Shown here one piece after another: positions 34,023 to 34,854 of a stretch of 34,854 nucleotides of DNA (the stretch's first letter is position 1; every line of letters begins with the position of its first letter). A program made the translations under genes and the position numbers. The notes under the pieces were generated by a model that ran no database searches, was not told the DNA's origin, and saw nothing but the letters and a program-made list of their open reading frames with translations. Source of the stretch: Tubiluchus corallicola (taxonomy: Eukaryota; Animalia; Priapulida). The stretch lies in NCBI GenBank assembly GCA_030141605.1, contig JAQGDQ010001555.1:1-34854 (forward strand). Direction: 5' to 3'.

Positions 34023-34218
34023 CTTTGCAGTTGCCTCTCCTCATATTCGACGTACGCCGGCTGCGGGGGTACCGGCGGAAGTGGTCTCTTGTTAGACAGT
34101 GCTTCCCATATCGTGACCTGATCGTTTTCCGACCCACTCTCTAGGAGGCTCTGTTGTATGGCAAACTGTAGCAACTCATCGTCTTCGTCACGCACGTGTT
34201 CCTCACGCCTGGTGTCGC
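34023..34218 (-). CDS. ANKRD13: ANKRD13 penultimate coding exon with UIM (DEDDELLQFAIQQSLLESGSENDQVTIWEAL...EERQLQR)
   Basis: ctgatttcag| acceptor and AAG|GTGAGT donor, phase 2, joining 32419 in frame. Matches recalled ANKRD13D DDDLLQFAIQQSLLEAG..QVTVWEAL. Confidence 0.93.
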
Positions 34219-34274
34219 CTGAAATCAGATGCATGAAACTTCCGTCAAAGTGATGAAGATATTAGAACAGGGTT

Positions 34275-34854
34275 GCCATTTTACACGAAGCTGATAATTG
34301 TATTGGAGGCTAAAAATTATTGCATTTCCACCAAATTATCATATTGGAGGCTAAAAATTATCTCACTTTTCCACCAAATCATCGTATTTGAGGCTAAAAA
34401 TGATTGCATTTCCACCAAATTATCGTATTGGAGGCTAAAAATTATTGCATTTCCACCAAATTATTGTATTGGAGGCTAAAAATTATTGCATTTCCACCAA
34501 ATTATCATATTGGAGGCTAAAAATTATTGCATTTCCACCAAATTATCGTATTTGAGGCTAAAAATGATTGCATTTCCACCAAATTATCGTATTGGAGGCT
34601 AAAAATTATTGCATTTCCAAAATTATCGTATTGGAGGCTAAAAATTATCTGCATTTCCAAATTCAACATTATTGAGGCTAAAGAATCATGATACCAAATA
34701 ATGATTGCATAAATTACAATTATCGTATTGGAGGATAAAATGATTGCATTTAAAATTATCGTATTGGAGGCTAAAAATGATTGCATTTCCACCAAATTAT
34801 CGTATTGGAGGATAAAATGATTGCATTTCCACCAATTATCGTATTGGAGGCACT
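34275..34854. repeat. ~41-bp tandem array running off the window end
   Basis: Unit ttgcatttccaccaaattatcgtattggaggctaaaaatta. Confidence 0.93.

Overview
Eukaryotic (invertebrate-like, AT-rich) genomic DNA with the 3' ends of two convergent spliced genes. The first is a + strand golgin-160/GOLGA3-like coiled-coil gene: ten phase-consistent exons from 2334 to a stop at 22638. The second is a - strand ANKRD13 (A/B/D-type, UIM-containing) gene: its last two coding exons lie at 34218-34023 and 32419-32176. Roughly 45% of the window is tandem repeat, and most long ORFs in the track are artefacts of these arrays. Two patterns stand out. (1) An upstream GOLGA3-like exon (991-1205) is in the wrong (antisense) orientation, inside the 450-bp spacer of a ~930-bp, ~99% identical inverted repeat. 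This is either an invertible exon or an assembly fold-back. (2) At least six unrelated tandem arrays were amplified from units that straddle a real exon-intron junction, giving 2 to ~47 copies of a splice site. In several arrays each unit looks like a complete mini-exon plus mini-intron. The window also holds hAT-type MITEs, L2/CR1-like LINE and SINE fragments, a 5S-like fragment and a decayed Harbinger transposase piece. There are no prokaryotic features or CRISPR arrays. Gene identities rest on recalled protein sequences, not on a database search.
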